In this document: piece by piece, positions 39,347 to 48,612 of the stretch
Layout: each line of letters opens with the position of its first letter
How positions within the stretch are numbered: position 1 is the first letter of the stretch
NCBI GenBank assembly: GCA_963665275.2
Contig: CAXXIN010000015.1
Location: forward strand, 32,001 to 96,000
Direction of reading: 5' to 3'
Origin: Negativicutes bacterium
GTDB lineage: Bacteria > Bacillota > Negativicutes > UBA1444
Length of the DNA: 64,000 nucleotides
Position numbers and translations under genes: made by a program
The notes under the pieces: generated by a model
What the model was told of the DNA's origin: nothing
The model's database searches: none
The model's input: the letters and a program-made list of their open reading frames with translations, nothing else

Positions 39347-40003
39347 TTACTTGCCAGTCACAAAAATCACTCGCGCCACAGCAATGCCACCGGCGATGAT
39401 GACGATGGACAGCAGCGAACCCGGCAACCCGATCTTGGGAGCTATGAACGTAATCGCCAATCCCAGGATAATAGTCAGGATACCGATTTTAAGATGTCTG
39501 CGGGATAGTTCGGCGTAAACGGCGCCAAATACCGCCGGCAGGATGAAGCCGAACGCTTTGGTTACAAATTTCGGCACCATCGGCATGATCGCCGCTCCGA
39601 TAAACGTGAACAGCGTTAGAATCGCCACCGACACGAATACCGACCCGGCAATCCCGATGGTCGCCATCACATCTCCTTCAGGTGAACCCGGCTCAGCTCC
39701 GGCGACTCTCTGCGCCATTGTGGCGGCCGGCACACGGATATCGGCAACATTGCCGCACAACCAGCTGATATACGATCCGCCGATTCCCAGCATCGGGTAA
39801 AAGGATAACGGTTGTACGAGCCAGCTGACGCCGAAAGCGCTCAGCGCCACCGCGTAAATCTGCACCAAGTCAGTGAATTGCGGCATGACGCCTACGACTC
39901 CAGCGAGATAAAGGGCCGGAACAAAATTGGCGATCAAGCCTGCGACCAGAGTAAACATTCCGATGCGGGCAGACTGGGCCTGAAAATCATAATTGCCTTC
40001 CAT
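39347..40003 (-). CDS. Uncharacterised membrane protein, partner of DUF5058 (copy 1)
   Basis: Multi-TM; P.SFYP.LG..GSY.SWL.GN...RVP motif; near-identical to 51508-52167. Confidence 0.8.
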   Translation of the reverse strand: MEGNYDFQAQSARIGMFTLVAGLIANFVPALYLAGVVGVMPQFTDLVQIYAVALSAFGVSWLVQPLSFYPMLGIGGSYISWLCGNVADIRVPAATMAQRVAGAEPGSPEGDVMATIGIAGSVFVSVAILTLFTFIGAAIMPMVPKFVTKAFGFILPAVFGAVYAELSRRHLKIGILTIILGLAITFIAPKIGLPGSLLSIVIIAGGIAVARVIFVTGK

Positions 40004-40051
40004 ATCGATCCTCCTCTATCAATTTGTGAAACAAATCATCAGGGGGTACTC

Positions 40052-40747
40052 TTAGAAAAAGTAGGCCGCCGTGAACATACCAATCAGCATCGCGATTCCC
40101 AGAGCCGGTTCCTGCAGCCGGGGGTAATTGCCGGCATACTTTGAAATCAGATACATGGAAACAAAAGCCACGATTCCGGCCACAAACTGTCCGCCGCCCT
40201 TAATCAGGGCAGGACTCCACAGGGAAGCAAACAGGCCGATCGCAGCGCCCGTCATGATGAGCTTCACCCACGCGGGATTATATTTTTGATTCATTTTCTT
40301 GATGGCGGAGTTCATGCGCTTGACGAAGATCAGCGCCACCAGCATCCAGCCGGCATTGTTCATCGCCATGCCCCAGATCGCATAGCTGAAAGCCTTGAGA
40401 TCAAAAGCAGCGGATCGCATTTCAACACCGTACACTTTCGTGGCCAGCGCCGACATGGCCAGCTCGGTCCGGGCAGCGCCGATGTCGTTCATCCGCATCC
40501 AAGTTGTAGGACCACCAAGCACTGCCAGCAGCGCCAGCAGGATGACTACTGGAGCCAGAGATGGCCCGATCGCGGTGATCATGGCAGCGCGCATCCCCTT
40601 GATGCACTCGCTGCGGGGCATTCCCAGTTTGTTGGCCGCCCTGAATCCTTCCCGCATAAACAGGGCGCTCTGGACCAAAACCACGATCACCATGACACTA
40701 GAGGCGATCCACATTCCTGGACTGTTCATTACCGTCTGCAGATTCAT
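40052..40747 (-). CDS. DUF5058 family membrane protein (copy 1)
   Basis: ITAIGPSLA, LGGP.TWMR...IG....EL and L.E.ALGIAMLIGM; near-identical to 52194-52889. Confidence 0.75.
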   Translation of the reverse strand: MNLQTVMNSPGMWIASSVMVIVVLVQSALFMREGFRAANKLGMPRSECIKGMRAAMITAIGPSLAPVVILLALLAVLGGPTTWMRMNDIGAARTELAMSALATKVYGVEMRSAAFDLKAFSYAIWGMAMNNAGWMLVALIFVKRMNSAIKKMNQKYNPAWVKLIMTGAAIGLFASLWSPALIKGGGQFVAGIVAFVSMYLISKYAGNYPRLQEPALGIAMLIGMFTAAYFF

Positions 40748-40771
40748 AGTTACCCTCCCCCTTTTTTGCGG

Positions 40772-41935
40772 TTACTGATTATCCATATTCAACACGCAGG
40801 CGATCATCAATTTTGACCTTTCAAACAGCGTGTCAACCACGGCAAATTCCTCCGGGCTGTGATTGCGTCCACCTTTCACTCCCATCGAACACACAGTAGG
40901 AACGCCCGCTATGATGGTATAAGCGGAATCCGACGCGCCACCAACATATTTCGCATACGGCGTTCCAAAGCCGTTTTCTTCTGATGTTTTCTTGACCAAC
41001 TCAAACAACTGTTTCACGCCTTCAGTTGTCTTCATCGGCTTAATCCCTTCCATAAAGACAACTTGGGTTGTTGTCCCGTCGACAACAGTCTTTGCCCCCA
41101 CCGCCTGGAGCTGTTCGAGAATCCAAGGCAAGTCATCCGGATCCTTATAGCGCACATCAATATCGATTTTCGCATAGTCGGGGACAGCCGTGGACGTCTT
41201 CCCACCCTGCATGACCCCCACGTTGAAACTGATTCCCTTATCCCAATCCGTCAATTTTTGAACATCAATAATCTTATGCGCGATTTCCAAAATTGCGCTC
41301 CGACCATTTTCCGGATCATTCCCGGCATGCGCCGCCACGCCGTTGACCTCCAACATAAAACGTGCCACACCCTTACGTCCAACCACGATTCCATTATCGA
41401 CAAATCCGGTTTCGGTATTGAACGCGGCCGCATATCCCTTCGCTTCTTCCAGGAAAACTTCCGGCGCGTTGGATCTGGCGTGCAGCACCTCTTCATCCCC
41501 AGCTAAAACAACTTTAATAGGGCGCGAGCTGTATCCAATAGACTTCAACGCTTTTATCGCATAGAGAAAAGCAACGATACCGCCCTTCATATCGAGAACT
41601 CCCGGGCCATAAGCCTTGCCGTCCGTGATGGTAAAAGGTTGTCTGGCAATGGCGCCTGCCGCAATCGCGGTATCCATATGCCCCATAAAAATGACACCTG
41701 GTTTGGTTCCGGCCTCTCCCAACTCTGCGACTAGCATGTTGCCGGCATTCTCGAACTCGACCGTGCGGGAAGAAGCTCCAACTTCATCCAGCACCTTTTT
41801 GAATCTGGCGGCAACCGCGTCAATCCCTGGTTTTTCGTGTGGCCCGCTCTCCATATTGACCACTTCTTGCCACAGCGACACCATTTCTTCCCGCCGGTCG
41901 TCTACAAACTGAAAAGCCCTCTGTTTTTGATTCAT
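40772..41935 (-). CDS. M20 family metallopeptidase/amidohydrolase (carboxypeptidase G2-like)
   Basis: GHMDT, GPGVLDMKGG, GDEE, GVAAHAG, GGASD and HSPEE. Confidence 0.9.
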   Translation of the reverse strand: MNQKQRAFQFVDDRREEMVSLWQEVVNMESGPHEKPGIDAVAARFKKVLDEVGASSRTVEFENAGNMLVAELGEAGTKPGVIFMGHMDTAIAAGAIARQPFTITDGKAYGPGVLDMKGGIVAFLYAIKALKSIGYSSRPIKVVLAGDEEVLHARSNAPEVFLEEAKGYAAAFNTETGFVDNGIVVGRKGVARFMLEVNGVAAHAGNDPENGRSAILEIAHKIIDVQKLTDWDKGISFNVGVMQGGKTSTAVPDYAKIDIDVRYKDPDDLPWILEQLQAVGAKTVVDGTTTQVVFMEGIKPMKTTEGVKQLFELVKKTSEENGFGTPYAKYVGGASDSAYTIIAGVPTVCSMGVKGGRNHSPEEFAVVDTLFERSKLMIACVLNMDNQ

Positions 41936-42025
41936 CTCTTTATCCTCCTTTATGTGTTAAACACTTCGCGAACACTAGAGACATTCTATTGATCAAGGGT
42001 TATACCCGGGGGCAATAATAATTCG

Positions 42026-42080
42026 CAAAAAGCGCTTCAACCAAAGATATTCTCGTTATTCTTTGTTCAAAGCGCCTTTG
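42026..42080 (-). terminator. Probable terminator after the GRE activase gene
   Basis: Long imperfect inverted repeat CAAAAAGCGCTTCAACCAAAGA...TCTTTGTTCAAAGCGCCTTTG; T run on the minus strand. Confidence 0.55.
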
Positions 42081-42119
42081 CTTTCTCAAGCAATGGGACC
42101 TGTGGCAGATGTCTTTCGT

Positions 42120-43028
42120 TTATTTGAAATCTACAATGTGCAGCCCATATTCGGTTATTATTCTTTTTATCTCGTCTATTTTTGCGGCATCCGGTGTACT
42201 AAAGGACTGGCTGGCAGCCCCAACTGCGTTATATTTAGCGGCTCCGAAATCATGGTAAGGGAGAAGTTCCACCCCTTCCACGCTGGTATTACTCTTCAGA
42301 TATTCACACATTTTCCTGATATTTTTCTCGCTGGCGTTCACTTCTTCGATCAGCGGGACTCGTACTATCGTGTTCGGATTCAATTTGGATATCGCTGCAA
42401 TATTCTCCAAAATCCTGCGATTGCCGACTCCGGTCATTTGCTGATGAACCTCGTCATCCATATGCTTGATATCCACAAACACACAATCCAGATGCCCAAC
42501 GATATCTTTTGCCGAATCCCAGTCGAAATACCCGCTCGTTTCCACTGCGGTATCGATCCCCAACCGGTTGCAGGCCGTCACTAGTTGCCGCAAAAATTCA
42601 GGCTGTGCGAAGGGCTCTCCGCCGGAGAAAGTGACGCCTCCGCCGGATTCACGGTAAAAAATCGCATCTCTTTTGATTACCGCCAAAACGTCTTCGACCA
42701 TCACCGTAGAGCCTATCTTCTTGCGGGCGCCTGTTGGGCAAACTTCGCAACAGCGAAAGCAGGCTATGCATTTTTCACGGTCAAACTCACTTTTGTTTTC
42801 ATCTCCCATGGTAGCGGCTGCGGTAGGGCAAGCCTCTCCACATCGACCGCAGCCGCTGCACTTTTCACGGAGGTACAATACTTCAGGATTGCCATTCCAC
42901 GATTCCGGATTGGCGCACCACCGGCAACGCAGCGGACAGCCTTTGAAAAAGACTGTGCTGCGTATTCCCTCCCCGTCGTTGATCGACCAGCGCTGGATCT
43001 GAAAGATATTTCCCTTACATGGTTTCAT
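42120..43028 (-). CDS. Glycyl-radical enzyme activating enzyme (radical SAM with ferredoxin insert)
   Basis: DGEGIRSTVFFKGCPLRCRWCANPES, CSGCGRC...CP, CIACFRC...CP and GGVTFSGGEP. Confidence 0.93.
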   Translation of the reverse strand: MKPCKGNIFQIQRWSINDGEGIRSTVFFKGCPLRCRWCANPESWNGNPEVLYLREKCSGCGRCGEACPTAAATMGDENKSEFDREKCIACFRCCEVCPTGARKKIGSTVMVEDVLAVIKRDAIFYRESGGGVTFSGGEPFAQPEFLRQLVTACNRLGIDTAVETSGYFDWDSAKDIVGHLDCVFVDIKHMDDEVHQQMTGVGNRRILENIAAISKLNPNTIVRVPLIEEVNASEKNIRKMCEYLKSNTSVEGVELLPYHDFGAAKYNAVGAASQSFSTPDAAKIDEIKRIITEYGLHIVDFK

Positions 43029-45384
43029 AGGTCGTTCTTTCTATAATCGCGTCCTGCGCTTCGCGGGACAAGTTGACGAATTGCGTGCTGTAACCGGCGA
43101 CCCGGACCAGCATATCCCGGTAGTCCTCTGGATGCTCCTGCGCTTTGCGCAGCGTTTCGGTCGAAATCACGTTAAACTGAACATGAAACGCGCCAAGTGC
43201 AAAGTACGCCCTGATAATAGCGGCCAAATTTTTCAGGTTCCGCTCCGACTTCAGCAGTTCCGGCGCCAGTTTTACGTTCATCAGCGTACCGCCGGAATGG
43301 ATGTCATGATTGATTTTGGCGACTGAACGCATCGCCGCGGTAGGGCTCGTCAAATCAGTGCCCGCATGCGGAGAAACGCCTTCCGTCAAAGGAGTTTGCG
43401 ATTTTCTTCCATCCGGAGTCGCACCAATCACACTGCCGGCCGGGATATAGTTGGAGATTCCCATAAACGCCGAGTTAAACAGCGAGCCAAAATAATCTTT
43501 ATACGAACGGATTTGTTGGTGATAAAACTCGGTAATTTCTACGGCGATTGAATCGACATAGTCGATATCGTTGCCATATTTGGGGCAGGCCAGCGCCGCT
43601 TGCCTCAGTTCTTCAAACCCTTTCCAGTCCGCATCCAATGCCTGGCAGATTTCTGCCAATGTGTATTTTTTGTCCTCGAATACCAATTTTTTAATCATCG
43701 CCAGGGAATTCGCCGTGTCCGCCACGCCAATCCCTGTGAGAACCGGCCCAACATTATATTTGGCGCCGCCCTTGCTCAAGTCTTGGCCTTTTTCCATGCA
43801 GCCGTCCACAAGCAGGGACAGGTAAGGCCTGGGCACCATTTCCGCATGGATTTGCTGCGCAGTGATCGTGCCGATAACCGAATGCTTGATCAAATAAGCA
43901 ATCTGCCGGTAAACGGCTGCTTTAACTTCATCATAGTTGGTAAATGACGAGGCGTTCTGTTCAGTCACTCCCATATTTTTACCTGTGATCCGGCTCTTGC
44001 CGTTGTTGAGGGCGTATTCGACCGCCGCCGCCAGGTTGATGCTGACCGCCGAGGTCCACTCACCCACTTTTCGGAAGTGGGGAACCACGCATCCACAGTT
44101 GCTCCAGTCCCGTGCATCTTCGGGGGAGAGGCCCGCCGCAACCAGCATGGCCGAGCCGACCCGGTCATTGTGTACCGCCGGGAATCCTGTCCCCACGCTG
44201 ATCAATTTGCATACCGCCAGCAGAAACTCATCCGGACTGTCGGGATGAATTCGTACGCTGAGACCCGGCTGATGCGTCTTCACATTTTCAGTTGCTTTCA
44301 GGCACATATAGGAGAGTTCGTTGGTTGCATCGCGTCCATCCCGTGTCCTGCCGCCTACGGTCAAATTTTGGAACGAATTGTATCCGGCAAAAAACTTGGC
44401 GGTGTTGCTGGAAATGGCCCACACCCATTCCGACAGCTTAATCCACAGGGCCTCAATCAGTTCCTGGGCTTTTTCCGTTGTGAGAACGCCTGCTTCGATA
44501 TCCTTGGCGAAATACGGGTACATGTACTGATCAAATCGTCCCAAATTCAGGGCCAACGAATTCTCGGACAGGATGGAACCCAGTTGGGTAAACCACACCA
44601 TCTGCACCGCTTCATAGAAAGTGGTTGGAGGGTTTTCCGGCACTCTCCGGCAAGTTTCGGCAATTGCCAATAACTCGGCTTTGCGCAGAGCATCTGTTTC
44701 CGTCTGCGCCGCTTTTTCCGCTTGGTCCGCATATCGGTTGGCGAGGGTGATGATCCCTTCAGATACCAGTACTGCCGCCCGGTAGAAATCGACTTTCTCC
44801 AGGGCTTCGGCCGTAACTGCCTCAATACTGTCAAGATGGGCCTGCGCCTCTTTTTTGATCCCGCCAAAACCCTTTTTGAATATCACATCCTGATAATCAG
44901 CGGTAACTTCTCCTACGGCATTACGCCACTTCGAATCATTGTCGATGATGCCGGTATCAATCAAAATGTTGGCGGTTTCCGGGTTGATGCGCGCCAAAAA
45001 GGTCTCTTCCAGCGACTTGCCTTGCCAGTAAGGGAATATATCCTTACGCAAGGTGCGTTTGGAAATGTCATCAACACAGTATGGATCCTGATTACGACTC
45101 TCGAAAGTGTCCATCTCGCTGTCGACCCATTTCCACGAGTATTCAGGGCAAATGATGCCCGACTTGCGAAACTCACCGATCGCCCCGACAATCAACTCGT
45201 TATCAAATATAGTGGCCGGAATGCTCTCGCAGACAGCTTTGAACGCTTTAGCCCGCCTGATGATCACTGCTTCTCCCTCTGTCTGTTTATGCGACGCGGT
45301 AAAAGCCAGCGCACGTTTAACACTGATCGATGGTTTGGAATCAATGTACGACCTTTTAAACTCTTCAATCCGTTTGCTTGACAT
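43015..45384 (-). CDS. Glycyl radical enzyme (PFL2/dehydratase-like length), substrate unknown
   Basis: 789 aa; LGRFDQY, QNLTVGG, Cys loop WSNCGCVVPH, PKYGND, ATPDGR and Gly loop VRVAGYS. Confidence 0.92.
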   Translation of the reverse strand: MSSKRIEEFKRSYIDSKPSISVKRALAFTASHKQTEGEAVIIRRAKAFKAVCESIPATIFDNELIVGAIGEFRKSGIICPEYSWKWVDSEMDTFESRNQDPYCVDDISKRTLRKDIFPYWQGKSLEETFLARINPETANILIDTGIIDNDSKWRNAVGEVTADYQDVIFKKGFGGIKKEAQAHLDSIEAVTAEALEKVDFYRAAVLVSEGIITLANRYADQAEKAAQTETDALRKAELLAIAETCRRVPENPPTTFYEAVQMVWFTQLGSILSENSLALNLGRFDQYMYPYFAKDIEAGVLTTEKAQELIEALWIKLSEWVWAISSNTAKFFAGYNSFQNLTVGGRTRDGRDATNELSYMCLKATENVKTHQPGLSVRIHPDSPDEFLLAVCKLISVGTGFPAVHNDRVGSAMLVAAGLSPEDARDWSNCGCVVPHFRKVGEWTSAVSINLAAAVEYALNNGKSRITGKNMGVTEQNASSFTNYDEVKAAVYRQIAYLIKHSVIGTITAQQIHAEMVPRPYLSLLVDGCMEKGQDLSKGGAKYNVGPVLTGIGVADTANSLAMIKKLVFEDKKYTLAEICQALDADWKGFEELRQAALACPKYGNDIDYVDSIAVEITEFYHQQIRSYKDYFGSLFNSAFMGISNYIPAGSVIGATPDGRKSQTPLTEGVSPHAGTDLTSPTAAMRSVAKINHDIHSGGTLMNVKLAPELLKSERNLKNLAAIIRAYFALGAFHVQFNVISTETLRKAQEHPEDYRDMLVRVAGYSTQFVNLSREAQDAIIERTTYETM

Positions 45385-45454
45385 GAAAACTCCTCCTCAT
45401 TTCGTTTCACTTTATCTTCAATCATGCAGAACGACCATCGCTCAGCACGATCAT

Positions 45455-45475
45455 TATTTTCGATTTTCGAAAATA
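45455..45475. promoter_or_regulatory. Palindromic operator upstream of the GRE gene
   Basis: TATTTTCGA-TTT-TCGAAAATA, perfect 9-bp inverted repeat. Confidence 0.65.
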
Positions 45476-45494
45476 TATCAAATAAATATTTGGT

Positions 45495-46160
45495 TTACCG
45501 GCTCAAATATTTGCCCAGATTTTTCTTTGCGTCTGTCATGTGCTTACGCAGTAATTTCTGAGCCGCTTTCACATCATTTTTAGCGCAGGCGTCCAGCAAC
45601 ATCCGATGCTCGTTTTGCGATTTTTCCTGATAATGCAAGGTTGATAAATAGAGTCGCATATAGCGTTCAATGTTATTGTGCATGTTTTGAATAAGCAAGA
45701 GCAATTTAGGCCGATTCGCCGCATGATACAGGATTTCATGAAACTGCCAGTTCAGTCCGCCCCAACGTTTGCTGTCGCCTTCCGAATCGACTTCCTTCAA
45801 CACTTCTTCGGCGGCGTCTAGCTCCGCTTCGGTCAAATTGGGAATCGCCAACTCTAATGCTCCTAATTCCAGATACAGCCGTATATCGAAAATTTCCTGC
45901 GCTTCCTCGGCAGACAGCTCACTGACCACCGCGCCGCGATTGGGATAAAATTTGACGAGCCCTTCGGCTTCCAGACTTTTGAGCGCTTCGCGCAGCGCGC
46001 TCATGCTGACGTTGAACTTCGAGGAGAGTTCCTCTTGTTTTAACTGGACTCCTCCGCTCAGTTCACCGGATAAAATGGCCTCCCGCAGGCTATTGGTGAT
46101 CATTTCCGGCAAAGTACAATATGCGGTTTGTATCTGCGTTTTGAAATTGTAGTTTTTCAT
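45495..46160 (-). CDS. GntR family regulator (FCD domain)
   Basis: LREAILSGEL, VS...REAL..L.AEGLV...PNRGA, N..FH..L and S.NEH; start taken at MKNYN. Confidence 0.9.
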   Translation of the reverse strand: MKNYNFKTQIQTAYCTLPEMITNSLREAILSGELSGGVQLKQEELSSKFNVSMSALREALKSLEAEGLVKFYPNRGAVVSELSAEEAQEIFDIRLYLELGALELAIPNLTEAELDAAEEVLKEVDSEGDSKRWGGLNWQFHEILYHAANRPKLLLLIQNMHNNIERYMRLYLSTLHYQEKSQNEHRMLLDACAKNDVKAAQKLLRKHMTDAKKNLGKYLSR

Positions 46161-46273
46161 GTCTTTACTATACAATATTTCATCCGCTTCGTAAACAGAA
46201 TTTTCGAATGTATACATTATTTTTATGTTCTGACAAATCGTCTATATCTCTATAAAATAATATGTTCAAGGAA

Positions 46274-47299
46274 TTAATATTCTTCGAAGATTCGTTGGAT
46301 TTCTTTCACATCCTGAGTTTTGCTCAAAGCCAGCATCAACAAGATTCGCGCTTTTTGCGCATTATGCATCATGGCAGCTACAAATCCGGCTTGACGCCAC
46401 TTCGCGGTAAGTGTGCTCAAGCCTGTGCCGACTCTCGACCCTACGACAATCGCCACCCCTTTTTCACGAGCCTTCACCAGGCTTTCCATCGCATCATCCG
46501 GCACATTGGCATGTCCAAGACCCGCATTGACAATCCCTTTCGCACCTGCCAAAACGGCAGCATCAATGAATAATCCGTCCGAACCCAGCGTGGTGTAATT
46601 CACGTCAACCCGTGGCAGTTCCGTCAAGTTCGCCACGTCAAATTCCGTTTGATAGGTATGTTTTTTCTGGAGTGAAGAAATAAAAAACGGTTTGGAATTT
46701 TGCATATAGCCGAGAAACCCGGTATCAGGACAATGAAAGGTAGCAACGTTGGTTGAATGGGTTTTTGTCACGCCAAAGGCACTGCTGATTTGGTCGTTCA
46801 TACAAACCATGACGCCCTTGTCTTTGGCTTCCAGACTTGCCGCCAGAGCCACGGCATTCACGAGGTTGAGCGGTCCATCCGCACTTAGTCCGGTTGACGG
46901 TCGCATAGAACCGACTAGAACGACCGGTTTGTCAGATTTTACGACGAGATTTAAAAAATATGCCGTCTCTTCCAACGTATCAGTACCGTGGGTAATAACA
47001 ACCCCGTTGATATCCTTCGACGCGAGTAATTCATTGGTCCGTTTCGCTAGTTTCAGCCAGTCGCCAATGCCAAGTTTGGAACTGGCGATATTAATCACCT
47101 GTTCACCGGAAATCTGCGCGAACTGCTCAATTTCCGGTACAGCAGCAATCAAGCTCTGAATAGCTACCGGCGATATCCCCGCATTGCTCCCATAATCCGT
47201 CAGCGCCAAACTATCGGCGCCTCGGCTGGCAATAGTACCTCCGGTAGCTAAAATCGCAATATGCGCCTTATCCTGATTTTCTTTTTGTACCTGGTTCAT
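46274..47299 (-). CDS. Asparaginase/glutaminase family amidohydrolase (type II-like, no signal peptide)
   Basis: ATGGTIA, HGTDTLEETAYFL, GSMRP..SADGP.NL and KARILL.LAL. Confidence 0.9.
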   Translation of the reverse strand: MNQVQKENQDKAHIAILATGGTIASRGADSLALTDYGSNAGISPVAIQSLIAAVPEIEQFAQISGEQVINIASSKLGIGDWLKLAKRTNELLASKDINGVVITHGTDTLEETAYFLNLVVKSDKPVVLVGSMRPSTGLSADGPLNLVNAVALAASLEAKDKGVMVCMNDQISSAFGVTKTHSTNVATFHCPDTGFLGYMQNSKPFFISSLQKKHTYQTEFDVANLTELPRVDVNYTTLGSDGLFIDAAVLAGAKGIVNAGLGHANVPDDAMESLVKAREKGVAIVVGSRVGTGLSTLTAKWRQAGFVAAMMHNAQKARILLMLALSKTQDVKEIQRIFEEY

Positions 47300-47317
47300 A
47301 ATGCTCTCCCTTGTAAG

Positions 47318-48607
47318 TTAGATACGAATATAACCGCGACCGTCCTTGATTTCAATTTGGGTCCCATATTCATTGGAAAGATTGGCCAGTTCAGTTAGAA
47401 TTCGATTGCCGTCTTCAATCGAGGCCAATTCCGGCCTGCCTTTCACGGATCGCTTCTTCTCAAAGCCGAGTGTGATCGGAATCAATTCAACGCGCTCAAT
47501 CTTGCCGTCCTCAACCTGGAATGAAGCCATCACCGATTCAAATACTTTTCGGTTTACCGCCAGTCCCTTGGTTCCATTTTTGCTGCGGGCATCGAAGGCA
47601 TCCGAAGGTGTGTGGCTCGCATCCAGACCGTAAATGTCGAAAAACTCGGCAGGTTGCCGTTCGATTGAATCGTTCTGAATGATAAAATCACCCAAGCTAT
47701 AGAAAATGGGTTGGTTTTTATAGACCTCGAAACCTCGCAAAATGTGGGGACCGTGCCCCAGATAGGCGTGAGCTCCGCTATCAATGCACAAACGGGCAAA
47801 GTCGCGGGTGAAATCAGCGGAGATGTCCTTGGTCGCACCTTTAAACTCATGCACGTGATGGCTGACCAATACAACATCCGCTTGCCGCCCGGCCTCTTTA
47901 ATAGCTTTCACGATGCGTTCCGCGTCTTTTTGATTATACGTGGTAACCGATCCTTGGTCCCCGACTTCAAAGCGGATATTGCCAATCGCGAAACCTTCCT
48001 CCGGCTTGGCAAAGCCCTCACTTTCCAATTGGAAACGCCGGGCATTGACATCGGTTTTATTTACGATTTCTTTCAATGTCTCGATATCCTCTTGGGGCAG
48101 ATAGTGAACCGCATTGAAACGCAGCATGTTGATTCCCGGCCGTCCTATAACATCCGGCCGCTGCTCGCCGGCAATATGCCAGTCTTTTCCCGTCGAGCTT
48201 ACGCTAATCAGCGCAACACGCCCCTGTGCGGTTTCCAGATACTTGGGTTGGCTTGCTTCTGCCATATTATTGCCGATCCCGGCATAAACGCACTCGGCAT
48301 TATCCAGATGCCGCATAGTGGTGAGCAGGCCTTCATGGCCCCAATCCAGAGCATGGTTGGTGGCGCAGGCATACAAATTGAAGCCGATCCAATTCAAATC
48401 CTGAACGATCTGTGGCCGGGCAGCGACCCACGTTCCTCCGCTGACCGCAGCCGGAGATACTTCAAAATCATGAACCAACAATTCGAAATTGGTAAATCGG
48501 ACATCCGCTGTTTCCAACAAAGCCTTGAGTTTCAGACAAGGCTCGGCAGTGCGCGGCAACCGTTGGGCCAGCAAGGAGTCTCCTGTTGCAATAATCGAAA
48601 TGGTCAT
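47318..48607 (-). CDS. CapA/PGA_cap family metallophosphoesterase-like protein
   Basis: ATGD, TNFE, ATNH.LDWG, VSHH.HE, GHGPH.LRG.E.Y and FYSLGDF. Confidence 0.8.
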   Translation of the reverse strand: MTISIIATGDSLLAQRLPRTAEPCLKLKALLETADVRFTNFELLVHDFEVSPAAVSGGTWVAARPQIVQDLNWIGFNLYACATNHALDWGHEGLLTTMRHLDNAECVYAGIGNNMAEASQPKYLETAQGRVALISVSSTGKDWHIAGEQRPDVIGRPGINMLRFNAVHYLPQEDIETLKEIVNKTDVNARRFQLESEGFAKPEEGFAIGNIRFEVGDQGSVTTYNQKDAERIVKAIKEAGRQADVVLVSHHVHEFKGATKDISADFTRDFARLCIDSGAHAYLGHGPHILRGFEVYKNQPIFYSLGDFIIQNDSIERQPAEFFDIYGLDASHTPSDAFDARSKNGTKGLAVNRKVFESVMASFQVEDGKIERVELIPITLGFEKKRSVKGRPELASIEDGNRILTELANLSNEYGTQIEIKDGRGYIRI

Positions 48608-48612
48608 GAACT

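Noticed and set aside
43015-45384. Calling the GRE pyruvate formate-lyase, HypD or CutC
   Set aside because: It lacks the adjacent CC of PFL and the GCVE Glu of HypD/CutC, and has no proC or microcompartment context.
47318-48607. Poly-gamma-glutamate capsule locus
   Set aside because: No capB, capC or capD, and no membrane anchor on the CapA-like protein.
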